A stretch of DNA of 46,316 nt from SAR324 cluster bacterium (GCA_022573975.1 JACZSY010000002.1:1-46316); one strand, 5' to 3'. Shown: positions 8,359 through 17,080, numbered from the stretch's first letter. Notes: generated from the letters alone by a model not told the origin. Program-made: numbers and translations.

Positions 8359-9657
8359 TCAAACGGTCAATTCCACGGGGGCCGCCAGTTGGTACAATTG
8401 GTAGTAAAAACCGATTTCGGGGGACTGCTGGGATTCCACCAGTTGGAATCCTTCCTTGGAGGCATTCCAGACCAGCAGATGGAACAATATTTCCTCCGGG
8501 TTGAAAACACTCCGTTCCGCCTGTTCCAGCAGGATTTTAAGCAAGGCCCCATCAAAGGTGTCCGGGCCGGGCGAAGGGCTCAATTCTCCTTTCGCGGCCA
8601 AGTCGGACAACTTGGGATTCCATTCCATCATGGGGTCGATGTCGGCATCGACGAAGGAGATTTTGACCAGGTCTTCCGCTTCCAAAATGCCCGGCCAGGT
8701 CTTGTTCACCAACAGGGACAATTCATCGAAGATCAAGGAGGTATCCACCGCGCCGCTGGCGGGCACAACGTCCACCACCCGCAGACGAATCACCAGCAAG
8801 TGGCCATCGGGTTTCAGCAGCCGCCGGGCGTCCTCGAATTGCGCGCTGTATTTCCGGGGGGGGAGGTGCTCGAATATTTGCAGGGCGGTGATGGCCTCGA
8901 ATTTTTCCCGCAGGTGTTTGGTCCTGGAAAAATCCGATGGGTAGGAAAGGGTTGGATTGAGGATCGCCTCCTCCAGGTGAGTGGCCTGAATGGACAGACC
9001 GTTCAACCGCCCCGGTTCAAGCCCATGGATCACTTCGCACACGATTCCCGGGCCGTCCCCCACGTCCAACAGCTTGCCATCTACGGGTAGCCGCGGCATC
9101 AGCACCTGAGACACCGTATCTTCCAGTTGCTCCAGTTGAGAACGGTTCAGGGCGAGCCGGTCCCGCTTCCATCCGATCATCTCCATGAAAAAGGTGAAGC
9201 TGGAAAATCCGTCTTTTTGGCTGATCACCCGCATATCCCCGATGCGGGTCAGGGTGGTCTTGATCTGGGGGTACTCGTGGATGACCTGAGAAAAATCATC
9301 GTAGGATATCCTCAGCACGTGAGCAGGCTCCCGCCCGGTGATATGGACGTTGGCCGTGGCGGGAATTTGGTTGAAATAGGAAATCTCCCCCAACAGGGTC
9401 ACCGCCCCCCTTTCTCCCACCACCTCGTTGCGATCCTTCATATAGATGCTGATTTGGATTCTGCCATCGACCAGGAAGAAAATTTCGCTGTAATCCTTTC
9501 CCTGAATCATGATGGGTTCTTTGGGATTGTATTGCACCAGGTCGGTACGGCGGGCCAGGGACAAAATGGCCGGAGCCACCAAGCCATATTCGGTGAGAAA
9601 CCGCATCAGGGCGTTGCGGTAATCGGTCAGGGCGGTCTTGTCCTCCACCTTTTTCAT
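8359..9657 (-). CDS. cyclic-nucleotide-binding-like domain fused to a class I SAM-dependent methyltransferase and an uncharacterised C-terminal domain
   Basis: The N-terminal CAP_ED-like fold is IMIQGKDYSEIFFLVDGRIQI...LLGEISYF. The methyltransferase motif I is LLDVGDGPGIV and the post-I region is LKPDGHLLVI. The gene is visibly less GC-rich than its neighbours. Start taken at MKKVED (9657). Confidence 0.7.
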   Translation of the reverse strand: MKKVEDKTALTDYRNALMRFLTEYGLVAPAILSLARRTDLVQYNPKEPIMIQGKDYSEIFFLVDGRIQISIYMKDRNEVVGERGAVTLLGEISYFNQIPATANVHITGREPAHVLRISYDDFSQVIHEYPQIKTTLTRIGDMRVISQKDGFSSFTFFMEMIGWKRDRLALNRSQLEQLEDTVSQVLMPRLPVDGKLLDVGDGPGIVCEVIHGLEPGRLNGLSIQATHLEEAILNPTLSYPSDFSRTKHLREKFEAITALQIFEHLPPRKYSAQFEDARRLLKPDGHLLVIRLRVVDVVPASGAVDTSLIFDELSLLVNKTWPGILEAEDLVKISFVDADIDPMMEWNPKLSDLAAKGELSPSPGPDTFDGALLKILLEQAERSVFNPEEILFHLLVWNASKEGFQLVESQQSPEIGFYYQLYQLAAPVELTV

Positions 9658-9667
9658 GAATTTCCGC

Positions 9668-10153
9668 TCATGTGCGAGTCGTTGGGGCCGGATAGAGTTG
9701 CTGGCTGTCCAGCATGATGGTGACCGGCCCGTCATTCACCAAATGCACCTGCATGCTGGCGCCGAAACCACCGGAGAAAACGCGGCCGGAAAAATCCTGG
9801 CCGGTAAAATCACCGCAGGATTCCTCGAAACGGGTGAAAAATTCCTTGGCCCGTCCGGCGGCCAGCGCGGCCGAAAAACCGGGACGGCGTCCCTTCCTGC
9901 AATCGGCATAAAGCGTAAACTGAGGCACCAGCATCAAATCGCCGTTCAGCTCCAACAGGGAGCGATTCATCCGGCCCCCCGCGTCCTCGAAAATCCGCAG
10001 ATTCACCAACTTGTCCACCATGGGCGCGATCAGGCCTTCCGCATCGCCCTCCCCGAACCCCACCAGGCACAGCAGCCCTTTTCCAATGGGGCCCGCCGTT
10101 CCCCCTTCCCATTCAACCCTGGCTGAGGTGACCCGCTGAATCAGCACACGCAC
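9668..10153 (-). CDS. dtd: D-aminoacyl-tRNA deacylase
   Basis: A GTG start gives MRVLIQRV, the canonical Dtd N-terminus. GKGLLCLVG, SQFTLYAD-like (VPQFTLYAD) and the C-terminal NDGPVT motif are present. An alternative ATG lies at 10201. Confidence 0.88.
   Translation of the reverse strand: MRVLIQRVTSARVEWEGGTAGPIGKGLLCLVGFGEGDAEGLIAPMVDKLVNLRIFEDAGGRMNRSLLELNGDLMLVPQFTLYADCRKGRRPGFSAALAAGRAKEFFTRFEESCGDFTGQDFSGRVFSGGFGASMQVHLVNDGPVTIMLDSQQLYPAPTTRT
9784..9813. repeat. degenerate 2 x 15-nt tandem duplication inside dtd (DFTGQ/DFSGR insert)
   Basis: ggccggaaaaatcct / ggccggtaaaatcac, 11/15 identical. It adds ~10 aa relative to the E. coli Dtd layout just before GFGA.M.V.L.NDGPVT. Confidence 0.55.
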
Positions 10154-10238
10154 GCCGTTATCCGTTGCAGGAGAAGTGAAAGGGGCGGATAGACGCGCCA
10201 TTCTAAGACGATTTCGGTGAAAAAGGGAACAGGGGCGC

Positions 10239-11204
10239 TTATTTTGCGTCCGGAGGGCTCAATACGATCCGGCCGTAAATACCATCGGTCAACCCGCTCA
10301 GATCGATGATGGCCTTTCCCTCAAACAACTTCGGGTTGCCGGTGATGAGGCGCCGGAACAGGTTTATGGCCAGTTCCATGTCCTTCTCCGGGAGCAACAG
10401 CCGTTGCCCGCCTGGAAAGGTCACCTGCGACTGAAAGGGCATCCTCCCATCCACCTCCACCCGGCCCATTTCGGAAAACCCGATCCGTTCCATCACCCCG
10501 GCGATTCGCCGGGCTCGCGCCAGCACTGGACTGGTCAAGGCTTTGCCGATCACTCCCTCTTCCCCGATCCCTCCCACCAGGGTCAGGCCGGTTGAGTTTG
10601 CCTTCACTCCCCTGGGCGGCTCAAACAAGGCCAACACCACGCTATCCTCGTCCACGATGGCTGTTTTCCCGCCCTCCAGCCGCACCTCGAATTGCGGGAT
10701 GCGCTCCCGAATCCGGATCGTCAGCCGGCCCGGATAGAGGCGCCGTACGTCCGCGGTGGCGATTTGGGGATGCGCCGCGATACGTTTTGCCACCTCGAAC
10801 GGGTCGGCCTGCTCCATGGTCAACCCCGCGCGCAACCCCCCGAGTTTCAGCAAAGCCTGGCCTTCCAACAGCCGGTGGCCCTCCAGCATCACCGATTCCA
10901 ACGGAGCACGCCACAGCGCGGCCCCGCCGGCTGCGAGACCCATGGCGAGCCAACACGCGCAAAGCGACCAGGCCAGCAGGGGCAGGTGCCCGCGATTCAA
11001 TTTTCCCAGCGATGCAAGGCCGAGCGAGGCGGCCCCATCGCGGAGCAGGCGAATCGGCCAGGAACGGCCGGTTTCCGTGACCGGGAGGGAGTTTGCATAT
11101 CCCGGCCGGCTGGAACGCCCGGAAAGGCCCAGGCTGGAGTTCGATGGATGTTTTTTCGAGGGCTTCCTGCCCTTTGGCCCGGAACGGGCCTTGTAATCCT
11201 TCAT
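10239..11204 (-). CDS. ftsQ: cell division protein FtsQ (POTRA domain)
   Basis: Basic N-terminus, then a single TM segment (LLAWSLCACWLAMGLAAGGAAL), then POTRA-like VMLEGHRLL...VRRLYPGRLTIRIRERIP. Located downstream of murB. Confidence 0.8.
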   Translation of the reverse strand: MKDYKARSGPKGRKPSKKHPSNSSLGLSGRSSRPGYANSLPVTETGRSWPIRLLRDGAASLGLASLGKLNRGHLPLLAWSLCACWLAMGLAAGGAALWRAPLESVMLEGHRLLEGQALLKLGGLRAGLTMEQADPFEVAKRIAAHPQIATADVRRLYPGRLTIRIRERIPQFEVRLEGGKTAIVDEDSVVLALFEPPRGVKANSTGLTLVGGIGEEGVIGKALTSPVLARARRIAGVMERIGFSEMGRVEVDGRMPFQSQVTFPGGQRLLLPEKDMELAINLFRRLITGNPKLFEGKAIIDLSGLTDGIYGRIVLSPPDAK

Positions 11205-11291
11205 GGATCACGCCGTCGCTGGTATGTTTGGCGGGGTGTGGATGCCCGGGTGGAGGATGCAAGGCGCAGGTGGAGACCCTAACGTCGCCTA

Positions 11292-12227
11292 TCATCCAAG
11301 GGAAACGTATTCCAGAGGAAAAACTTGCATTTCCAACTCCAACATCACCCCAGTCCGGCTATAAACGGTTTCCTGGATGAAGTCAACGAGGGCCAGCACT
11401 TCGTCAGCCGTGGCGCCGCCACGGTTGACGATGAAATTGGCGTGTTTTTCGCTGATTTGGGCGCCGCCGCGGGTGTGTCCCTTGAGGCCCGCCCGGTCGA
11501 TCAGGCGGGCGGCGAAATCCCCTGGAGGGTTTTTGAAGACCGATCCGCAATTGGGAAAATCGCTCGGCTGGTGTTCCTTGCGCCATTGCAGTATCCGCTG
11601 CTGGCGGCCGCGTATTTCCTCCTCGTCCAGGCGTTGCAGGGCAAAAGCGCCGCGCAATACCATCCGCCCCAGGTTTCCCCTGAGAGGGGATTCGCGGTAG
11701 GCGAATTGAAACTCCGCCGCCTCCCTGTCGGAGATGCCCGTCCGCGGGAAAAACACCCGCACGGTGCGCAAAAAAGCCGCGGTTTCTCCGTCATGGGCCC
11801 CCGCGTTCATGGCGATCGCCCCGCCGATGGAGCCGGGCACGGCGACCAGGAATTCCATCCCCCCCAGTTGCCACCGCCGGCATTGGTCCACGAAGGCCCC
11901 GTTGGAAATTCCCGCCCCGGCCTCCACCGTGGCGGAATTTTCCAGGCGGCGAACCGAGCGAAAAGCCGGCCCCAGCCGCAACACCAGTCCCCGCAGTCCC
12001 TCGTCGCGCACCAGCACGTTGGAGCCTTTGCCCAGCACATGGAAGGGCAACTGCCGTTCCGCGATGATTTCGAAGACGGCTTCCAGATCGCGTTCGCTTT
12101 GGAGTTCCACCAGGCATTCCGCCGGCCCGCCCACCCGCAAGGTCACGGCCCGGGCCATGGGCGCGTCAAATGTCACCACGGAATCGGCGAGCCTGCCGCG
12201 CACCTCCGCGCGCCAATCCCCGCTCAT
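11292..12227 (-). CDS. murB: UDP-N-acetylenolpyruvoylglucosamine reductase
   Basis: LRVGGPAECLVEL, LGKGSNVLVRDEGLRGLVLRL and GSVFKNP are MurB signatures. ATGA overlap with the murC stop. Confidence 0.92.
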   Translation of the reverse strand: MSGDWRAEVRGRLADSVVTFDAPMARAVTLRVGGPAECLVELQSERDLEAVFEIIAERQLPFHVLGKGSNVLVRDEGLRGLVLRLGPAFRSVRRLENSATVEAGAGISNGAFVDQCRRWQLGGMEFLVAVPGSIGGAIAMNAGAHDGETAAFLRTVRVFFPRTGISDREAAEFQFAYRESPLRGNLGRMVLRGAFALQRLDEEEIRGRQQRILQWRKEHQPSDFPNCGSVFKNPPGDFAARLIDRAGLKGHTRGGAQISEKHANFIVNRGGATADEVLALVDFIQETVYSRTGVMLELEMQVFPLEYVSLG

Positions 12228-13654
12228 GCCAACTCACCCATCAGCCATGGCCCCAATTCCGTGATATCCCCGGCGCCCATGGTCAGCAAGATCCCCGGCG
12301 GAACCTCTCCCCCCCGGATGCGCCCGGCCACCTCGCGCCAGTCCGCCAGCAGGGCGGCGCGGGGATGATCGCGCAAATGGCCGGCGATCAACTCGCTGCT
12401 CACCCCTGGCGGAGGCTCCTCCCGCGCCCCGTATACCTCCGTCAGGTAGATGCGCGAGGCGGGGCGCAGGGCCTCGGCGAATTCCCTGGCGAAGCGGGCG
12501 GTGCGCGAATAGAGGTGCGGCTGAAAGACCACCGTCAGTTGGGGCCCGTAGATGGCGAGGAAGGCCTCCAGGGTGGCCCGGATTTCGGTGGGGTGATGGG
12601 CGTAATCGTCATGGATGGACAGGCTGTCCCCATCGCCCAGCTTGAGGACGCCGACGAATTGCTGGCGCCGCGAAACGCCCCGGAAGTCCGCGATGGCGTC
12701 CAGCAAGGCCGCTTCCGGCAGGCCGAGGCTCCTGCCCATGGCGTAGGCGCCGCAGAGATTGAGCGCGTTGTGGCGGCCGATCAGGGAGACCTCCAGCGAT
12801 CGCTCCCCGCCTTCGTCCCGGAAAGTCACCCGCCCTCCGCCATGGCGCATTTCGGTCACCTCCACTCCGAAATCCGCTTCCCCGGAGAACCCATAGGACA
12901 CCACGCGCACGTCCGGCCGGCCCCGCTGCGGCGAACCCAGCCGTCGCGAACCCGGGTCGTCCAGGCAGTAGACCAGGAGGCCGTTTTTTGGGATGCGATC
13001 GAGGAAGGCGCTGAAGGCGGCCTCCATCTTGTCCAGCGAACCATGGAAGTCCAGATGGTCGGCCTCCACATTGGTCAGCAGCACCGCCTCGGGGGAGAGG
13101 TGCAGGAAGCTGGCGTCGCTTTCGTCCGCCTCGCAGACCAGCCAGGAGCCTTCTCCCTCCCGCCAGTTGCGGCCCTCCAGTTGGGGCACATGGCCGCCCA
13201 CCAGCACGGTGGGGTCGGCGCCGCATCGCGCCAGCAGATGCCCCAGGGCCGCCGTGGTGGTGGTCTTGCCGTGAGTGCCGGTCACGGCCAGGGTGCGCTT
13301 CCCGGCCGCCAGCGCGCCCAACAACTCGGCGCGATGCAGCCTCGGCAGCCCCAGGCCTTCCACGGTGCGCCAGATGGGGTTTCCCTTTCCCACGGCGGAG
13401 GAATAGACCACCACGTCCGCATCCGCCAAAGCCTCCGCGCTGTGGCCCACCGACACCGCGATGCCCCGTCCGGCCAGGGCATCCATGGCCGCCCCCCCGT
13501 TGCTGTCGCTGCCGGAAACCCGGATGCCGCGTCCGTGCAGAATCTCCGCCAGGGCGCTCATGCCCACGCCGCCAATGCCCAGGAAGTGATAATGCCACTT
13601 CGGGTGGAGTTGGCGGGTGTGGTTTGGGGTTTCCTTGGAGGGATCGATGGCCAT
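12224..13654 (-). CDS. murC: UDP-N-acetylmuramate--L-alanine ligase
   Basis: HYHFLGIGGVGMSALAEIL and VTGTHGKTTTTA (P-loop) are present, with the Mur ligase middle and C-terminal domains. Start taken at MAIDPSK (13654); an upstream ATG at 13732 is possible. Confidence 0.92.
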   Translation of the reverse strand: MAIDPSKETPNHTRQLHPKWHYHFLGIGGVGMSALAEILHGRGIRVSGSDSNGGAAMDALAGRGIAVSVGHSAEALADADVVVYSSAVGKGNPIWRTVEGLGLPRLHRAELLGALAAGKRTLAVTGTHGKTTTTAALGHLLARCGADPTVLVGGHVPQLEGRNWREGEGSWLVCEADESDASFLHLSPEAVLLTNVEADHLDFHGSLDKMEAAFSAFLDRIPKNGLLVYCLDDPGSRRLGSPQRGRPDVRVVSYGFSGEADFGVEVTEMRHGGGRVTFRDEGGERSLEVSLIGRHNALNLCGAYAMGRSLGLPEAALLDAIADFRGVSRRQQFVGVLKLGDGDSLSIHDDYAHHPTEIRATLEAFLAIYGPQLTVVFQPHLYSRTARFAREFAEALRPASRIYLTEVYGAREEPPPGVSSELIAGHLRDHPRAALLADWREVAGRIRGGEVPPGILLTMGAGDITELGPWLMGELA

Positions 13655-13824
13655 GGCCTGGGACACGAGGGAGGGTGCCGCCCGGAAAATCGCTCCTCCC
13701 CGCCAACCATGGGCGCGGAGGGGAAGGGGCATTGGGATATCCTAACAGACCGGCCGGAGGAGAGGGAGGGGGCGTTGGAAAAAGGCCGCGCGCAAGCAAA
13801 CCAGCGCCAACGGCGCCCCCGGGA

Positions 13825-13903
13825 CCCTTCTCCGCGGAGTTTTCCAACAGCGTATGGAGAAGGGAGGGTGACTTCCTTCACTATTATCTTTGTAAACACG
13901 ATA
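13825..13903. repeat. copy A of a dispersed ~80-nt noncoding element containing a 9-bp-stem hairpin (CCCTTCTCC-22 nt-GGAGAAGGG, 13825-13864) followed by GGTGACTTCC
   Basis: About 85% identical to 46202-46277 in the same orientation. An indel means the two copies cannot share a reading frame, so the conservation is at the nucleotide level. Confidence 0.85.
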
Positions 13904-13939
13904 TCTTTGTAAACACGATGTTTTTGTAAACACGATGTT
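13889..13939. repeat. 3 x 17-nt AT-rich direct repeats (TTTGTAAACACGAT + 3 nt) in the murC / KAS divergent intergenic region
   Basis: Units start at 13889, 13906 and 13923, and the 14-nt core is identical in all three. Confidence 0.95.
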
Positions 13940-13944
13940 TTTTT

Positions 13945-13989
13945 CCTCTCCATCGAGCCTGTCCCGAGCTTGCCGAAGGGATGGAGAGG
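13945..13989. other. 10-bp perfect-stem hairpin (CCTCTCCATC-25 nt-GATGGAGAGG) followed by the G-rich box GGAGAGGGAGGGAGGC
   Basis: Read directly in the sequence. The G-rich box (13983-13998) recurs 15/16 at 46301-46316. Confidence 0.7.
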
Positions 13990-14218
13990 GAGGGAGGCCG
14001 AAGGCCGGGAGTTGAGGCTTCGCCTTGCTTCCCCGGGCAGCCTTGCGATGGCCCTGGCGAACAACCGGTTCCACATGGTTTTCACCGCCAAATCGTGGTA
14101 TCGAGGGATTGAGGAGCCGGTGGGGCCTTGTTGAATGCTCCAACCGGGAAATGTCCACTGAAATGGGGCGGGCCGGCAAGCGCCCAATCCGCCACATCGA
14201 TTTCGCCGAGGGAAAATC

Positions 14219-15460
14219 ATGGACAACGTGGCCATCACGGGGATGGGAATCATCTCGTCCCTGGGACAGAACCTGGAAGAATTCAATCGCAATTTCTCGG
14301 CCGGCAAGGTGGTGGCGGGCCCCACGCCCTGGAACGATCAGCCCCAATTCGAGAATTTCTGGATGTCCCTCATCGAGGGGTTCAAACCCGAGGATTGGAT
14401 GGACGCGCGGGTGGTGCGAGGCACGGCCACCTTCGCCCAATACGCCATCGCCGCGGCCGTGCAAGCCGTGGAGGACTCCGGGATCGCGGAGTTCGACCCG
14501 CTGCGCACGGCGGTGGTCGTCGGCAGCGCCCTGGGCGGCGTGGACACCATCGCCGAGGATCAACACAATCTGGAAACGGAAGGGCCGGAGGCCGTGAGCC
14601 GCAAGTTCATGCTCAAATCATTGGCCAATATGCCCGCCGGGCATATCGCCCTGCGCTGGGGATTGCACGGACCGCAACTTGCCATTTCCACCGCCTGCGC
14701 CTCGTCCCACGATGCCATGGGTATCGCGGCGCGGATGATTCAATCGGGCGAGGTGGATGTGGCCATCACTGGCGGCACGGACTGCGGGACCAGCCGGCTC
14801 CTACTGTCCGGCGCCGGGAACTATGGCATGTTCACCCCGCAACCGGACCCCTACAAGACCTGCCGGCCCTTTAACGTGGAGCGGTTCGGGGTCATGCTGG
14901 GGGAAGGCGCGGGGATGTTCGTGTTGGAGCGCGCCGACCTGGCCAGGAAACGAGGCGCCACCATTCACGGAATGCTGCGGGGGTATGCCACCCTGGCCGA
15001 CGCCTATCACCCTTCCTCGCCGGAACCGGAAGGCAAGTGGGAGCAGCGCACCATGGAATTGGCCATCCAGAATGCCGAACTGCCCGGCGGCGCCGACGAC
15101 GTGGATGCAGTCGTGGCCCATGGGACGGGCACCCCTCTGGGAGACATCGCCGAGCTGGGAGCGCTCAACCGCATCTATGGCAATCGCGGCGAGCCGCTGC
15201 CCGTCATGTCGCCCAAAGGCAACTTTGGGCACCCCCACGGCCCGGCCGGCGCCCTCGGTCTGCTGGTCGGCATGCACAGCATGAAACAAAATGCGCTCAT
15301 GGCGACTGCGGGAACGCATCACGCGCGGGATCTCATGCCGGAAGTCGGAAACCTGCGCGTGGTGATCAACGAACCCGCGCCCACCAAAATCCAAGCCTTT
15401 CAGGTTAACGCGTTCGGATTCGGCGGCCAGGATTCCTCCCTGGTGGTGACCCAGGAGTAA
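14219..15460 (+). CDS. beta-ketoacyl-ACP synthase II-like condensing enzyme
   Basis: Active-site context ISTACASSHDAMG, then AHGTGTPLGD and KGNFGHPHGPAGA, giving the Cys-His-His triad. GAGGGA RBS. No ACP or other fab genes are adjacent. Confidence 0.88.
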   Translation: MDNVAITGMGIISSLGQNLEEFNRNFSAGKVVAGPTPWNDQPQFENFWMSLIEGFKPEDWMDARVVRGTATFAQYAIAAAVQAVEDSGIAEFDPLRTAVVVGSALGGVDTIAEDQHNLETEGPEAVSRKFMLKSLANMPAGHIALRWGLHGPQLAISTACASSHDAMGIAARMIQSGEVDVAITGGTDCGTSRLLLSGAGNYGMFTPQPDPYKTCRPFNVERFGVMLGEGAGMFVLERADLARKRGATIHGMLRGYATLADAYHPSSPEPEGKWEQRTMELAIQNAELPGGADDVDAVVAHGTGTPLGDIAELGALNRIYGNRGEPLPVMSPKGNFGHPHGPAGALGLLVGMHSMKQNALMATAGTHHARDLMPEVGNLRVVINEPAPTKIQAFQVNAFGFGGQDSSLVVTQE

Positions 15461-15503
15461 GCGGCAGGCGTATCGATCCCCCACCCTCCAACCCCAAGAC
15501 GCC

Positions 15504-15818
15504 ATGCCCTTCATGATCCTGTTCGAGGCCGTCCCCAACGCGGGGCGCGAGGACGAGTACTTCGAGATTTCCAAGGGGTTGTTCGAAATCCTGGAGCAGC
15601 AACCCGGATTCATCAGCATCGACCGCGCCCGCTCGGTGCTCAGCGAGGGCAAGCTGCTGTCCGTCAGCTTCTGGGAAAGCGAGGCGGCCATCGAGGGCTG
15701 GCTGAACCACCCGCTGCACCGCGAGGCCCAGCGGCGGGGCAAGGAGGGCATCTTCCGCTCCATGCGGATCACACGGCTGGAGGTGCTCTCCGCCCGCGAC
15801 GTGCCGGTGGGGGCGTGA
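15504..15818 (+). CDS. antibiotic biosynthesis monooxygenase (ABM) family protein
   Basis: 104 aa with a ferredoxin-like ABM pattern (FISIDRARSV...LLSVSFWESEAAIEGW..HPLHREAQ). Confidence 0.75.
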   Translation: MPFMILFEAVPNAGREDEYFEISKGLFEILEQQPGFISIDRARSVLSEGKLLSVSFWESEAAIEGWLNHPLHREAQRRGKEGIFRSMRITRLEVLSARDVPVGA

Positions 15819-15834
15819 GGCCCCTGGCCCGTCC

Positions 15835-16788
15835 ATGATCCGCCCCATCATCCGATTGCGTGAACCCTTCCGGGGACTGCTCTACGTCCCCTTTTATCTC
15901 ACCGAAGCCCTGGGCGCTTTCGAGGAAGAAGGCCTCGGCGTACGCCTGGAGACCGCGCCCTCCCCGGCCGAAGCCGTGCAATCGGTGCTGGAGGGGAAGG
16001 TGGACGTCTGCTGGGGCGGCCCGATGCGGGTGCTCCATCATTTTGACCGGGATGCGGAATGCCCGTTGGTGCTGTTCGCCGAAGCGGTTGTCCGGGACCC
16101 GTTTTTTCTCATCGGGAGGACGCCCAATCCGCAATTTCGCATTAGCGAACTGGCCACGCCGCGCCTTGGCGGGCTGGCCGGGTTGCGGCTGGCCACGGTG
16201 AGCGAAGTGCCCACCCCCTGGCTCTGCCTGCAAGACGACCTGCGCCGCGCCGGCATCGATCCGGACACCATGGATCGGGAGGCCAATCGCCCCATGGCGG
16301 AAAACGCCGCGGCGCTGAGGGCCGGCGAAGTGGACGTGATCCAGGTGTTCGAGCCGTTCGCCCAGACCCTGACCGCCGAAGGGACGGGCCATATCTGGCA
16401 TGCGGCGGCCGGGCGGGGACTCACCGCCTACACCTCGTTCATCGCCACCCGCGCAACGCTCAAGGAACGCGAAGACGAACTGTTGTGCATGACCCGCGCC
16501 CTGTTTCGGGCGGAACGCTGGCTGCGCGGCGCCGCACCCGAAGAGGCGGCCGATGCCGTCGGCCCCTATTTCCCGGAGCTGGAGCGCCATGTCCTCATCG
16601 GGGCCATCGGCCGCTACCAGGCGCTGGGGGTATGGGGGGAGCATCCGGTGCCGCGCCAGGAGGGATTCGACCGCCTCAAGGCCGCGCTGTTGTCCGGCGG
16701 CTGGATTGACCGCGATACGCCTTACTCAAGCTGCGTGGAACCGCGCCTGGCGGAGCGGGTGCTGGCCGGGGATGGGCTACCACCCTGA
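15835..16788 (+). CDS. NMT1/THI5-like (nitrate/sulfonate/bicarbonate SBP fold) protein without a signal peptide
   Basis: LYVPFYLTEALGAFEEEGLGVRLE...GKVDVCWGGPMRV is typical of the NMT1/SsuA fold. The N-terminus (MIRPIIRLREPFRG) has no hydrophobic leader. Confidence 0.7.
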   Translation: MIRPIIRLREPFRGLLYVPFYLTEALGAFEEEGLGVRLETAPSPAEAVQSVLEGKVDVCWGGPMRVLHHFDRDAECPLVLFAEAVVRDPFFLIGRTPNPQFRISELATPRLGGLAGLRLATVSEVPTPWLCLQDDLRRAGIDPDTMDREANRPMAENAAALRAGEVDVIQVFEPFAQTLTAEGTGHIWHAAAGRGLTAYTSFIATRATLKEREDELLCMTRALFRAERWLRGAAPEEAADAVGPYFPELERHVLIGAIGRYQALGVWGEHPVPRQEGFDRLKAALLSGGWIDRDTPYSSCVEPRLAERVLAGDGLPP

Positions 16789-17080
16789 AATGGGATGGGT
16801 GAAATCCGTGCCCCCCCGCCTTTGGCAACGCCTTGGGGACATTGCGCCTCACCGCCTTGGCGGGAGTCCGGCTTCCACTTCTTTTCCCTTTGACGAGAGG
16901 TCCGCTTCCGTGTCCATCGGTGTTTGTCCGTGATTTCCTTGATTACCGGGGCAGTTTTTACGCCTTTGCCTGTGAAAATTTCTTTGTTACCATGATGAAT
17001 CGCCATTGGCCGTGTTTCCTTGCCCTCGTCAACATTTCCCTGCCACCGGCCACCAATCCACCAGGAAAGGAACATCGTCA

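Noticed and set aside
13889-13939. A replication origin: three AT-rich repeats resembling a DNA-unwinding element.
   Set aside because: No cluster of DnaA boxes is present; only weak 5-6/9 matches such as GTTCCACAT occur nearby. No dnaA/dnaN context exists, and part of the surrounding element is duplicated at 46200.
13558-14566. Track ORFs 13558-14325 and 13742-14566 (minus) and 14025-14597 (plus) spanning the murC/KAS intergenic region.
   Set aside because: They have no family resemblance and run through the repeat and hairpin elements. The two copies of the dispersed element are in different frames, and the ORFs overlap the well-supported KAS gene.
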